The notes: generated by a model not told the origin, from the letters alone. Shown: positions 12,001 through 19,226, counted from the first letter of the stretch. The stretch is 64,000 nt of DNA from Deltaproteobacteria bacterium (GCA_026995935.1 JALWNK010000023.1:2810-66809); one strand, 5' to 3'. Numbers and translations: made by a program.

Positions 12001-13199
12001 TAACGAGTTTTAATGCCATATCTGTTGCAGAAGTACAGCTTGCCGGCATATCCACGGGTTCCTTTATCCTGTCCCAGGCCTCTGTAATAGCAGACGGCTC
12101 TGCCAATACGGTGCACTTTACCCTGACAGATATTCGTGATGCCCTTGGGAACCTGGTGCCCGATGGAACGAAGGTAGGAGTTACGGCCGTGAATCACGGA
12201 ACGAACTATAATGGCCATCCTGTAAGTTCAGCAGGAGGTTCTATCATAGGTGGTGAGAATTCCAATTACAGTGGATTCAAAGTGTTTACAGTCCAAAATG
12301 GCAAGGTAGAAGGGGAATACAGCACTGGCTCCATTGTAGTTAGTGGGCAGCAAACAAAAACCGCAAGGCTTCAGGCTGTAGTTGCTATGCCTAATAATCA
12401 TATAGGGTCGTTTTCGTCCTTTGCAGTTAAAGAAATAACCCTAGTTTCTCCACTTGTTGGAGCTAATACTGTAACCATTGAACCTGACTATATCTTTGTA
12501 GATGGCGGAAATCATACCGCTGCTATTAGAATAAGTAATATCAGGAATGCTGCTAACAATCCATTACCTGATGGACAAAGGGTAGGAATTAGTGTAAGCC
12601 ACGGACAGATTCGAGGCGGCGAGCAGTGTGCTTCAGACAGTAGCTATCGTATTTTTACTGTGCAAAATGGTTCAGTAACCGCCACCTATTTTGAGGATCT
12701 TGATATCATGGATATTTTGGGACTGGCGCAGATTTCTTCAGACCCAATTCTCCTTTCAATGGCCGATGAGAATAATAGCCTGATTGGCAATCAACCATCG
12801 ATTATTGGTGAAATACCGCTAACTACCACATACACGGCAGAAATAGAAGCAGCCAACAGTACCACAGCAGGGGAGACCATAAGTTTTATTGTTAAAAATA
12901 TCATGGATACTCGAGGTAACACGGTACCCGATGGAACAAAGATTGCCGTATCTGCAGGAGGACTTTGCGGACGAATGGGCTATCCCGAAGGCGGGATAAT
13001 TACTGGTGGCACCGAGTATCATAGTGGTGACGGGAATTTTACCATTTTTACCGTGCAAGGTGGTTCATTCAGCGGCAATTTTACTGCACCACAAGAAAGT
13101 GATCTATCTGCAATTTTGGTAAAGCCTGCCCGATCGGACGGGACGACGGATTTGTTCTTGCCCTGTATTGCAATAAAAGAGATAGAGATAAGACATTAA
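6003..13199 (+). CDS. giant secreted adhesin-like protein: CARDB-like, SbsA-Ig, Ig-like, 5x Big_2, IPT, LecA/PA-IL-like lectin, 6 invasin-like Ig modules
   Basis: 2398-aa ORF with RBS AAAGGAGAAAAAC and an N-terminal hydrophobic signal. Big_2-like units (VTAISNGSTELSVSYPGLNTVVIPIHV and four more). An SbsA-Ig-like unit (IVPVNGEQDVAVDTEPTIFFSKPV). Repeated YLLDG/FRLDG/YYLDG Ig units. Lectin-like block at aa ~1505-1600. Repeated LPDGTKVGVTAVNHG modules. Confidence 0.9.
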   Translation: MTNRKEKVSTFSPVFFFLFLILFNLTYENNSLADVDVDITGGGITKSQTIQGDGGNFTFSVPLKPNTLNIFRVGARDDAGNVATSEAIEITQVSLDKVVVAKATSERLSTSEVHDLVRRGVIDLSNPENYHVTKFDVVFTVNNRPYKVIRYVARKQTEVVVSEHVELPKDSGRGGGNDQQQPVVKMIDFELPDLGGISPPPIPGLLIIDGKIKTLKEFFKVKLLLLNTSQIFDLQDVKAKIFVPAGLTNISPKSGENFFGDIGHGNELSKKWIVRGDRIGHYDIRLQFAGNLIGPGFDKPVPITGSASTQIEVKGPPHLAVVLEHPDYIERNKPYQLLVNITNTSDIPANFASLALALGKNLRFNDENGPKIDSRDLGDILPGQTVTQAFTVYPEVSGEITSCVGGASSNLQLFVKVGEKSCAVGTYEAQSKAPSERAAIRIVPVNGEQDVAVDTEPTIFFSKPVNHATLSTGSAGTTVILSTLDGQIVPTFLRFTTLPSGEEAVSLGHQGPLAYNTTYVLTVSPDIYDINGTRIASGMSVRFKTSPSPLSADTTPPDISIVIPGNIDVNSVVPGSLFKITAMAQDSSGIARVEYLLDGKVQSVLDSYPYIFAIDTNGLEPGSSHELKFRAIDKAGNGAETVQDIVLAQEDTVPPQVSVNLDKDSVLQGQKLSAVAAVTDNGGIDHVEFRLDGSGRSICLLNISPYACNVDTSSISAGTHQLLVIARDSSGNEGQANASFTVIRDTSPPVLEISEPKGTVQLLKGTGLPVKVTATDNFTVRSINYYLDGSSTPFATGNTAYVSTDDLNQGGHEVRVVATDVSGNTATKGVQFTVLLPPQPGPNPPEAVNASKVKILPAAPDVFNIIGEQGASPYLHKIEARLSSGVTFISSSDVSGSFLIKVACNPGSEVTLYVIDADGKRSSPVTLTIPSITLVHVDPSEINFNRIGEQVVPSYSLVFSNGEDLGIDPQTVDVVVEDTSIAKIASNGAVTAISNGSTELSVSYPGLNTVVIPIHVNAKRLVDIAVSPGSLVFQDKGEKKRLSVVASYSDGTSSNLYSGVNYSIDQPNIASVSSSGWVTALSNGSATIRVKADSIIKEIPVTVSIRHPVSLSVSPNLINFSNSSDHAQLRVIMNYDNGTTKDITAIANYSSSNTAVCRVTSSGLVIPWQQEGNSIITVSYDGLTSVSVSVTFARARVTAIEVSPSRIDFDEPGATRQLSIMYRMSDGSYRTGQFDELQLSSNDESVATVDPDGIVHAVGIGETNLVIVYTPDPSVPVVTVPVTVADLSSLPSEPPEITGIPRTVLGVGDHLVIFATNLSDNIALDHVFVGNVELKVTSVAKGMIVAEISPGTESGPVSLRVYDKDSVNQVDVTILPRKAKTYKITDKFVVAGVSSTWNLAQTSLEYVEGDDVVISGAWDLTTAPSWTGHLFLQVDDSQPVELSQSGSPVDLTPYLTEGKHVLKFSISSVSGQPIPGNELATVYVPAATMPFDGAGEGDGTTSVEAISLSAGQTVVISAEGTAHDGAHASGPDGYATCSSSCAVDGFQKMELLGRFNSEEPFAIGSGPMVFTAPEDGTLYLGINDNSYGDNTGGYTVHILEAQTGSGVATDGLYLQAGPPGTGIFAGIRELLADGADRRFPVTFTGLNLPDGTKVGVTAVNHGTNYNGHPVGSAGGSIIGGESSNYSGFKVFTIQNGKVTVTYSDSGIVYGPGITNTARIQLVPANDQNHITSFNAISVAEVQLAGISTGSFILSQASVIADGSANTVHFTLTDIRDALGNLVPDGTKVGVTAVNHGTNYNGHPVSSAGGSIIGGENSNYSGFKVFTVQNGRVEGEYSTGSIVVSGQETKTARLQAVVAMPNNHIGSFSSFAVTPIILSAPFSDASEVVVSPGSIVADGGNNTVQITFLNLRDALGNLVPDGTKVGVTAVNHGTNYNGHPVSSAGGSIIGGENSNYSGFKVFTVQNGKVTVTYSDSGIVLGPGITKTARIQLVPANDQNHITSFNAISVAEVQLAGISTGSFILSQASVIADGSANTVHFTLTDIRDALGNLVPDGTKVGVTAVNHGTNYNGHPVSSAGGSIIGGENSNYSGFKVFTVQNGKVEGEYSTGSIVVSGQQTKTARLQAVVAMPNNHIGSFSSFAVKEITLVSPLVGANTVTIEPDYIFVDGGNHTAAIRISNIRNAANNPLPDGQRVGISVSHGQIRGGEQCASDSSYRIFTVQNGSVTATYFEDLDIMDILGLAQISSDPILLSMADENNSLIGNQPSIIGEIPLTTTYTAEIEAANSTTAGETISFIVKNIMDTRGNTVPDGTKIAVSAGGLCGRMGYPEGGIITGGTEYHSGDGNFTIFTVQGGSFSGNFTAPQESDLSAILVKPARSDGTTDLFLPCIAIKEIEIRH
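10947..12427 (+). repeat. in-frame higher-order tandem repeat, ABAB, sub-periods 402/408/402 bp, super-period 810 bp
   Basis: The string CCTGATGGAACGAAGGTAGGAG starts at 10947, 11349 and 11757, and as CCCGATGG at 12159. A 62-nt block (GATGGAACGAAGG...CCATCCTGT) is identical in all four copies. A1/A2 and B1/B2 are about 94-95% identical by manual alignment. Two diverged further modules start near 12567 and 12927. Confidence 0.9.
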
Positions 13200-13208
13200 T
13201 AAGCCATT

Positions 13209-13242
13209 GGGCAGATAGGTAAATTCAGCAACTTATCTGCCC
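13209..13242. terminator. hairpin between convergent genes (GGGCAGATA-N16-TATCTGCCC), possible bidirectional terminator
   Basis: 9-bp perfect stem located between the stop of the 2398-aa gene (13199) and the stop of the minus-strand LuxR gene (13242). The flanking T/A runs are weak. Confidence 0.45.
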
Positions 13243-14678
13243 TATTTATATAATGTTTTAAGGAGTTCTTTCTTTCCTTTCACTCCAGCCTTCTCATATA
13301 TCCTGTTGCAAAGGGCCTTTATGGTACCAATTGCAAGCCCCAAATCCTCTGCAATTTCTTTGAGTTTTTTGTTTTGCACAAGTTCCATGAAGACCTCTTT
13401 TTCCCTTTCAGAAAGGCCAAGGGTTGTTGCAATTCTTAAAAGGTTCAATTGATCTGTATTTGATGGGAGTGGTCGCGAAGTGTTGTTTGGGGCCGAAAAC
13501 ATCAAGGGTGAAGGTTCTGTCACTTTTTCCGAGGAGGTGGTGGCTGCAGGAGGCAGGGCCAGTAACGTGGCGGATCTATCTTCTTTTTGTGTTTTCTTAA
13601 AGAGGCGGGCTGCAAAGCCAAGGGGTATAATTGTGAGAAACAAGACAGATAGTGCCCACTGGTAATCCTTAAATGGATTTTGAGTAATATTTTGTGAGAT
13701 AAGCATTCCAAATACAATGGAGACGGGAAAAAGAGCAAAGCCTATAGCAGCCTCAGTGAGATTTTGCGAAAAGGCCAATATCACGGAAACGGAAAGGCAG
13801 TCCATTATTCCAAAGCCAATATCCATTAGGGGATATGCATAAAGGGATCTCGTCTCAGGAGAAATCTGGATAATGATGCTTAGGCCCATAAGTGCTACTG
13901 CAAGATAGGGTGTATATCGAAGCAGGTTACGAGGCGTGAAAATAACCAGCAGGATTCCTAGTATGTAAAGGGCAAGGCTAACAAGATCAAATATCATCCG
14001 GTTAGGAAGGCCATAGGCATGGTCCAAAATGGAGTAATAGAGCCCTCCAAGGGTATAAAAACATAGAAAGAAGAGCCAAAACCAGGAAAGCCTTCTGGTT
14101 TTTTCATCGTGAAAAGAGATCGCCTTCTTCAGCCCGGTTTCATCTAAGGTGGCTTCTGGAGGTGGGCGGGTAATTCGCCATCCAGCAAGGGCTATGGCCA
14201 GCCAGGCAAGTCCTAAGGGCCAGGGAAGTCTTTCAAGAAGTGTGAGCAAAATGTTTCCTGTGATTATTGCTGCCCCCACTCTGGGAATAAGCGAGGAAAG
14301 GGAACGACTTTTCCCCAACAAGAAAATATGGAGAATAAGAACTCCAAAGATCAGGCCAGAAATGAAAAGGACCGGGCCTACGAGCCTCCAGGCTGCACTT
14401 ACAATGACGATACCCTCAAGGAGCCAGCAGTAAAGAGGGAAAAGAGTGGTTGCGTAGAGTTTTCTCCACAGGTACACACCTACTGGAAGGCCCAAGATAT
14501 TTCCACAAAGAAACCAGATTGTGAGGTTTTGGCTTGGTGTCCTGTTTAACAGGCCTTGTTCAAGGCCCACCCCAAGAAGGATGAGAGTTGTGAGAATAAA
14601 TCCCCTTGTAAGCCCATCGCTGCATATCCTAGAAAGCATGAGGCATCCCTTCCATTTCCGGGTCCAAGCTCCTCCCAA
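13242..14678 (-). CDS. polytopic membrane protein with C-terminal LuxR/GerE-type HTH
   Basis: 478-aa ORF. About 10 hydrophobic helices by eye in aa 20-370. The C-terminus LSEREKEVFMELVQNKKLKEIAEDLGLAIGTIKALCNRIYEKAGVKGKKELL matches the LuxR/GerE HTH pattern. The true start could be an internal Met (MLSRICS...). Confidence 0.8.
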   Translation of the reverse strand: MGGAWTRKWKGCLMLSRICSDGLTRGFILTTLILLGVGLEQGLLNRTPSQNLTIWFLCGNILGLPVGVYLWRKLYATTLFPLYCWLLEGIVIVSAAWRLVGPVLFISGLIFGVLILHIFLLGKSRSLSSLIPRVGAAIITGNILLTLLERLPWPLGLAWLAIALAGWRITRPPPEATLDETGLKKAISFHDEKTRRLSWFWLFFLCFYTLGGLYYSILDHAYGLPNRMIFDLVSLALYILGILLVIFTPRNLLRYTPYLAVALMGLSIIIQISPETRSLYAYPLMDIGFGIMDCLSVSVILAFSQNLTEAAIGFALFPVSIVFGMLISQNITQNPFKDYQWALSVLFLTIIPLGFAARLFKKTQKEDRSATLLALPPAATTSSEKVTEPSPLMFSAPNNTSRPLPSNTDQLNLLRIATTLGLSEREKEVFMELVQNKKLKEIAEDLGLAIGTIKALCNRIYEKAGVKGKKELLKTLYK

Positions 14679-14774
14679 AACCTATCAACTATTTTAGGTA
14701 TGGGAATACAAAAGTCAAATGAACAGGCCCACAGCGAGTTTATACTTTTGGTTAAACACAGGATAGAAGTTGGT

Positions 14775-16109
14775 TTACGGCCTTTTTATGCCGTATTTCT
14801 TCATCTTGTACCTTAGGACCCTCTCACTTATTCCCAGGCTCTCTGCTGCCCTTGTCTGCACCCAGCTGGCCTCTTCAAGGGCGCATACGATTTCGCGTTT
14901 TTCAAGGGCTTCAATTTTCCCCTGAAGGTCTTGGGGAAGCTCCATCTCCTCCACTGGAGGTTTGAAGCGGATGTCCGAGGGTCTTATGGTGGTTGAGCGG
15001 CTAAGGGTCACGAGCCTTTTTACTGTGTGTTCAAGTTCACGGACATTACCTGGCCAGTTGTACTTTACCAGCTGGTCCATTGCCGCATCCGCCACCTTCA
15101 TGGGTTTGGGCGAATATTTCTTTATAAAGAACTCTACCAGCTCTGGTATGTCCTCCTTTCTCTTTCTTAGGGGAGGAAGCTCGATCTCGAACACGTTTAA
15201 GCGGTAGTAAAGGTCTTCCCTGAAGTCGCCTTGTCTTATCATTTCCGTAAGGTCCCGGTTGGTTGCAGAGATTACACGGACATCAACCTTTATGGGGGTG
15301 GTTCCACCAACCGGTGTTATGGAGTGTTCCTGAAGGACCCTCAGGAGTTTTGCCTGAAGCTTGAGGGGCATCTCGCCTATTTCATCCAGGAAGATTGTCC
15401 CCTTATTGGCTATCTGGAACATGCCCTTCTTGTCCTTGTGGGCTCCGGTGAAGGCGCCTTTTACGTGGCCGAAGAGCTCGCTTTCAAAGAGGTTTTCCGG
15501 AAGGGCTGCGCAGTTTACTGCTATAAAGGGTTTATCCTTTCTGGGGCTTAACTCATGTATGAGCCTTGCCATGAGCTCCTTTCCGGTTCCTGTCTCACCG
15601 TAAAGGAGAACAGGCCAGGAGGTGGTTGCCACCCTCTTTGCAAGGGATACCGCCTCCTTTAGTTTTCTGCTTTTTCCCACAAAAAGGGGAAAGTCTACAG
15701 GTACTTCTGAAAGCTCATGGGATATTTCCTCAACGTCTTCCTCTATTTCCACGTCTTCAAGGTGTGTTTCCACCTTTTTTAAAAGCTCCTTGAGGTCAAC
15801 GGGTTTTTCCAGGAAGTCAACGGCCCCAAGCTTCATGACCTTTACTGCCGTATCCACTGCCCCGTAGGCCGTGATCATGATGACCTTTGAAAGAGGGTTG
15901 ATTTTCTTTAACTCCTCAAGCACCTGGTCCCCGTTCATGTCAGGCATCCTGTGGTCAAGAAGCACCAGGGGCACAAATTGCCTTTGAAAAAGGGCGATAC
16001 CCTTTTGTCCGTCTTCTGCCTCCACCACTTCGAAGCCGTTTTCCTCGAGAAACTCCCTTAGTATTTTGCGCTGCACAGGCTCGTCATCTATCAAAAGTAT
16101 CTTGCTCAT
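14775..16109 (-). CDS. sigma-54-dependent response regulator (NtrC family: REC + AAA+ + Fis-type HTH)
   Basis: 444 aa. REC domain (ILLIDDEP...LLDHRMPDMNG). Walker A GETGTGKE. GAFTGA loop motif (GHVKGAFTGA). C-terminal HTH (AAESLGISERVLRYKMKKYGI). Confidence 0.92.
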   Translation of the reverse strand: MSKILLIDDEPVQRKILREFLEENGFEVVEAEDGQKGIALFQRQFVPLVLLDHRMPDMNGDQVLEELKKINPLSKVIMITAYGAVDTAVKVMKLGAVDFLEKPVDLKELLKKVETHLEDVEIEEDVEEISHELSEVPVDFPLFVGKSRKLKEAVSLAKRVATTSWPVLLYGETGTGKELMARLIHELSPRKDKPFIAVNCAALPENLFESELFGHVKGAFTGAHKDKKGMFQIANKGTIFLDEIGEMPLKLQAKLLRVLQEHSITPVGGTTPIKVDVRVISATNRDLTEMIRQGDFREDLYYRLNVFEIELPPLRKRKEDIPELVEFFIKKYSPKPMKVADAAMDQLVKYNWPGNVRELEHTVKRLVTLSRSTTIRPSDIRFKPPVEEMELPQDLQGKIEALEKREIVCALEEASWVQTRAAESLGISERVLRYKMKKYGIKRP

Positions 16110-17677
16110 TTTCCCTCACCCGTTGGAAGTGTTATCTCCATAATGAAGGTATCGTCTTGGACCTGCGCCCGTATATTTCCTCCATGGGCCTTTACAATCT
16201 TTTGGCAAATGGCAAGCCCAAGGCCCGTGCCCTTCGTCTTGGTGGTAAAGTAGGGTTCAAATAGCTTTTTAAGCTCATCTTCACTGGGCAGTTTTCCTTT
16301 GTTTGAGACCAGGATTTTTACCCTATCTCCCTGCCTTTCAAGTTCAATGCCTACCTCACCACCGTTAGGCTGGGCCTCAAAACAGTTTACAAAGAGGTTT
16401 TCAAAGAGCTGGCGAAGGAGTTTCGCATCCCCAAGGACTATTCCCTCATCCTTGGTCTTCATGTTGACGGCCATGTTTTTTGCGTTTTTTCTTTCCTGGG
16501 CGGAAACAAGGGCCTCCCTGATGATTGGCTTTAGGGAAACCTCCCTCTTTTCCACGCGCGAAGGTCTTGCATACTCCAAAAGGCCAGAGACAATGGCCTC
16601 TGTCCGCTCAAGCTCCCTTTTCATGAGAACGAGCATCTCCCTGTTTGATTCTGAAAGGCTTTTTCTTTCAAGAAGCAGTCTCTGCACGCCCATGGAAACC
16701 GCGTTAAGGGGGTTCCTGATCTCATGGGCAATGGTTGCGGCAGAGCGTCCAAGGCTTGCCTCGTGTTTTTCCATCAGGAGCCTTTTTTCGTACTCGTTAA
16801 GCCTTTGCACGTAATTTTTCTGGTGTTTGTAAAGGAGCCAGGTTACTGCCCCTCCAGCGACAAAAAGCAGCACGGAAAAAATTATGAGGAGAGCCCAGAT
16901 ATTTCTCTGTTTCTCTTCAAGTGTGCTGGCGTCCATACCAAGAACGAGGATTTTGTCTTTTGATATGGGAAATTCCACTTGGACCACAGGACCCTGCATC
17001 GTGTTAAGAAGCCTGGTGCTTTTCTTGTGATCACAGTTTTCAGGGCAGCCCCAGCCGTTTTTAAGGCGGCAGGCCTCCTCTTTGGAAAATACCCTGGCGT
17101 ACTTGACGCCTGAAAGCCTTGCAATCTGCCTGAGGGTGTTTTCAAGGCTGATTTTTCTTTGTATCTCAAGGATGTTTGAGGCATCGATTCCGGTTAAAAT
17201 ACAAAGCCTGTCCTTTTGCCATGGGCTTACAAAGACAAAGAGTTTTTCATCTGCAAGGAGTATAAGCCCCCTTTTTTCATCACAAAGCCCTTTGACAGGC
17301 TCTGAAATCCAGCCCTCCCTGCTTTCTGTGATGGTCCCGTTGTTTCCATCTACAATGCTTACACCAGACAGCCCAGACTCCTTGGCAAAGGCCCATATCT
17401 CTTCAGGCGTAAAAGGTTCAACATTTTGAAGGTAGCGGATGAATCTGGCCTGGCTCTTTAGAAAAGTGGCAACTATCTGCTGGCTTGTCCTTTTAGCCGT
17501 AACGGCATTGTCTGCGTTTATCCTTGCAATCTGTGCAGCAAGTCTTGCATGGTCCTGCGCCTCTTGAAGAAATATCTTATTGACGTAATGGGTCTGCCAT
17601 AATGCAACAGATACTGCCACAAGAAATATTGCAGAAAAGGCACAAAGATTGGCCTTCCAAAGGTTTGGAAGCTCCAT
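16106..17677 (-). CDS. sensor histidine kinase with large periplasmic domain
   Basis: 523 aa. Two TM segments flank a ~250-aa periplasmic region. H-box SAATIAHEIRNPLN. HATPase_c G-boxes (TKGTGLGLAICQKIV). 4-nt overlap with the downstream regulator gene. Confidence 0.9.
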   Translation of the reverse strand: MELPNLWKANLCAFSAIFLVAVSVALWQTHYVNKIFLQEAQDHARLAAQIARINADNAVTAKRTSQQIVATFLKSQARFIRYLQNVEPFTPEEIWAFAKESGLSGVSIVDGNNGTITESREGWISEPVKGLCDEKRGLILLADEKLFVFVSPWQKDRLCILTGIDASNILEIQRKISLENTLRQIARLSGVKYARVFSKEEACRLKNGWGCPENCDHKKSTRLLNTMQGPVVQVEFPISKDKILVLGMDASTLEEKQRNIWALLIIFSVLLFVAGGAVTWLLYKHQKNYVQRLNEYEKRLLMEKHEASLGRSAATIAHEIRNPLNAVSMGVQRLLLERKSLSESNREMLVLMKRELERTEAIVSGLLEYARPSRVEKREVSLKPIIREALVSAQERKNAKNMAVNMKTKDEGIVLGDAKLLRQLFENLFVNCFEAQPNGGEVGIELERQGDRVKILVSNKGKLPSEDELKKLFEPYFTTKTKGTGLGLAICQKIVKAHGGNIRAQVQDDTFIMEITLPTGEGK

Positions 17678-17694
17678 GATTTAGATGACTCCCG

Positions 17695-18081
17695 CTACTT
17701 GCACCTGCATCTGTGACCGCGGCCCCGGCCACTGCGTCCATGCATGGAGTTAAGGGCCTTTCTAAGGCGTCTTTTCATGCCAGTGGCATCGTGGCCCCTT
17801 CTTTTTTCCACACTTTCGGCCATAAGCCTTCCGGTATCATCCTCATGAAGCTGCATCCTTAATACGCAGCCCTTTTTTATTCCTTTTAAATCCTGGACCA
17901 TTACCTCCTTTTCCTCCTCATCAGCAAAATCAAAAATGGTTACGCTGTTCTTGGAATGGTCAATGCTGGTAATTCGCCCTTCAAGGAGGCTCGAAGCGCA
18001 GGCCCATGGCAGGGACCAAGACATAAGAAAAAAGGCCGTGACTAAAAGAGTGGGTAGATATCTTTTTATCAGGTTTTTCAT
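17695..18081 (-). CDS. small secreted protein with basic Cys tail, unknown function
   Basis: 128 aa with signal peptide (...SLPWACA). GRITSIDHSKNSVTIFD weakly resembles the CusF-type OB-fold pattern. C-terminal tail GRGRGHRCRCK. First gene of the kinase/regulator operon. Confidence 0.6.
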   Translation of the reverse strand: MKNLIKRYLPTLLVTAFFLMSWSLPWACASSLLEGRITSIDHSKNSVTIFDFADEEEKEVMVQDLKGIKKGCVLRMQLHEDDTGRLMAESVEKRRGHDATGMKRRLRKALNSMHGRSGRGRGHRCRCK

Positions 18082-18203
18082 TTTGCTTTATTAAGTCCTG
18101 TTGGTAGTTACACAATAATATTAGTTCAAAAAGAATACCATAAAAATAACGTGCTGAATATAAAGCAAAAATTTGTAATGGACCCGCTTAACTCCCCTTT
18201 TTT

Positions 18204-18219
18204 TCGACATTTATGTCGA
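18204..18219. promoter_or_regulatory. 16-bp palindrome TCGACAT-TT-ATGTCGA plus extra half-site TTGTCGATA (18233-18241), candidate bEBP UAS
   Basis: Perfect 7-bp arms. ATGTCGATA/TTGTCGATA are repeated 20 bp apart. Centre lies about 107 bp upstream of the sigma-54-like element at 18317. Confidence 0.4.
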
Positions 18220-18316
18220 TAGAGTACTCCCGTTGTCGATAAAAGACCCAGGTGTTTTCTCCAGATGTTACTGGCAACCTGTTGGAATAAAAGGAGATTA
18301 TTTAATGGGGGCCTTA

Positions 18317-18332
18317 TGGCACACAACTTGAA
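18317..18332 (+). promoter_or_regulatory. candidate sigma-54 promoter TGGCAC-ACAAC-TTGAA
   Basis: Perfect -24 TGGCAC with correct spacing, but the -12 reads TTGA rather than TTGC. 61 nt upstream of the ATG at 18393 and divergent from the NtrC-type operon. Confidence 0.4.
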
Positions 18333-18392
18333 TTATTTAGGGCCAAAGTCACGAACATGGAAAATGAAAAAAATTTAAAGGAGGACTTACAA

Positions 18393-19163
18393 ATGAAGCA
18401 GTTTATGAAGAAAAAGGCGTTTATGGCCCCGTTCATGATGGTGTTGACAGTTTTATTGGTTATGCCAATGGCACTAGCCAATGCAGGCAAGGGAAAATCA
18501 CGCGGCCTTAACGGGGCAGGGATGGGACCAGGTGGTATGGCATCAACAGTCAGTCAACTTCCCAAAGAGGACCTTAGCCAGGAAGAACGGGAAGGGCTTC
18601 TAAAGATGGTTGAAGAGGAAAAGCTTGCAAGGGATGTTTACTCCTTTCTCTATGATCAGTGGAAGACTCCGGTCTTTTCAAATATAAAAAATTCAGAGCA
18701 GAGGCACATGAATGCGGTTATTTCCCTCATCTCAAAGTATGGACTTGAAAATCCTGTCCAAGACCTTGGCCCAGGACAGTTTGTCACACCTGAAATGCAG
18801 GAGCTTTACGACACCTTGACCAGTGAAGGAAGTCAGAGCCTTGAGCAGGCCCTTCAGGTGGGGGCTACCATAGAGGACCTTGATATCAAGGACCTGAACG
18901 AGCTCATAAACAAATGTGACAATCAGGATATCCTCATGGTCTTTCAGAACCTGGTAAAGGGTTCAAGAAATCACCTGCGGGCCTTTACTTCGTACCTGAA
19001 ATCCATGGGTTTAACCTACACGGCAAAGTATCTTTCCCAGGACCAGGTAGACCAGATAATTGAAAGTGACTGGGAAAGGGGCCCTGTGGACAGTAATGGC
19101 AAACCATTGAGGGGTTTTATTGGCAAGGGGCGTGGATGCTCATGCCCGTGCTTGAGTAATTAA
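18393..19163 (+). CDS. secreted DUF2202 / ferritin-like domain protein with C-terminal CSCPC tail
   Basis: Start chosen at 18393 (RBS AAGGAGG 7 nt upstream); the ORF track starts at 18357. Signal peptide ...LLVMPMALA. EEREGLLKMVEEEKLARDVYSFLYDQW...SEQRHMNAV matches the DUF2202 ferritin-like pattern as I remember it. Tail GKGRGCSCPCLSN. Confidence 0.75.
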   Translation: MKQFMKKKAFMAPFMMVLTVLLVMPMALANAGKGKSRGLNGAGMGPGGMASTVSQLPKEDLSQEEREGLLKMVEEEKLARDVYSFLYDQWKTPVFSNIKNSEQRHMNAVISLISKYGLENPVQDLGPGQFVTPEMQELYDTLTSEGSQSLEQALQVGATIEDLDIKDLNELINKCDNQDILMVFQNLVKGSRNHLRAFTSYLKSMGLTYTAKYLSQDQVDQIIESDWERGPVDSNGKPLRGFIGKGRGCSCPCLSN

Positions 19164-19182
19164 AAACTCAAGTGTGTAGAAG

Positions 19183-19207
19183 GGGAGGGGCTTCCCCTCC
19201 CTTTTTT
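19183..19207 (+). terminator. rho-independent terminator GGGAGGGG-CTT-CCCCTCCC + T6
   Basis: 8-bp GC stem, 3-nt loop and a TTTTTT run, 20 nt after the stop at 19163. Confidence 0.7.
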
Positions 19208-19226
19208 GATGGAGAAGGAGGAGAAG

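Noticed and set aside
10815-12218. Minus-strand ORFs 10815-11006 and 11937-12218, both beginning MAIIVRSVIHGRNSYLRSI.
   Set aside because: They merely mirror the tandem repeat on the coding strand. They are antisense to the 2398-aa gene and have no independent support.
10947-12427. Possibility that the near-identical repeats are a diversity-generating retroelement TR/VR pair.
   Set aside because: Differences between copies are not adenine-specific (G>A, T>C, C>T, C>G and T>G are all seen). Both copies are in-frame parts of the same gene. No reverse transcriptase is nearby.
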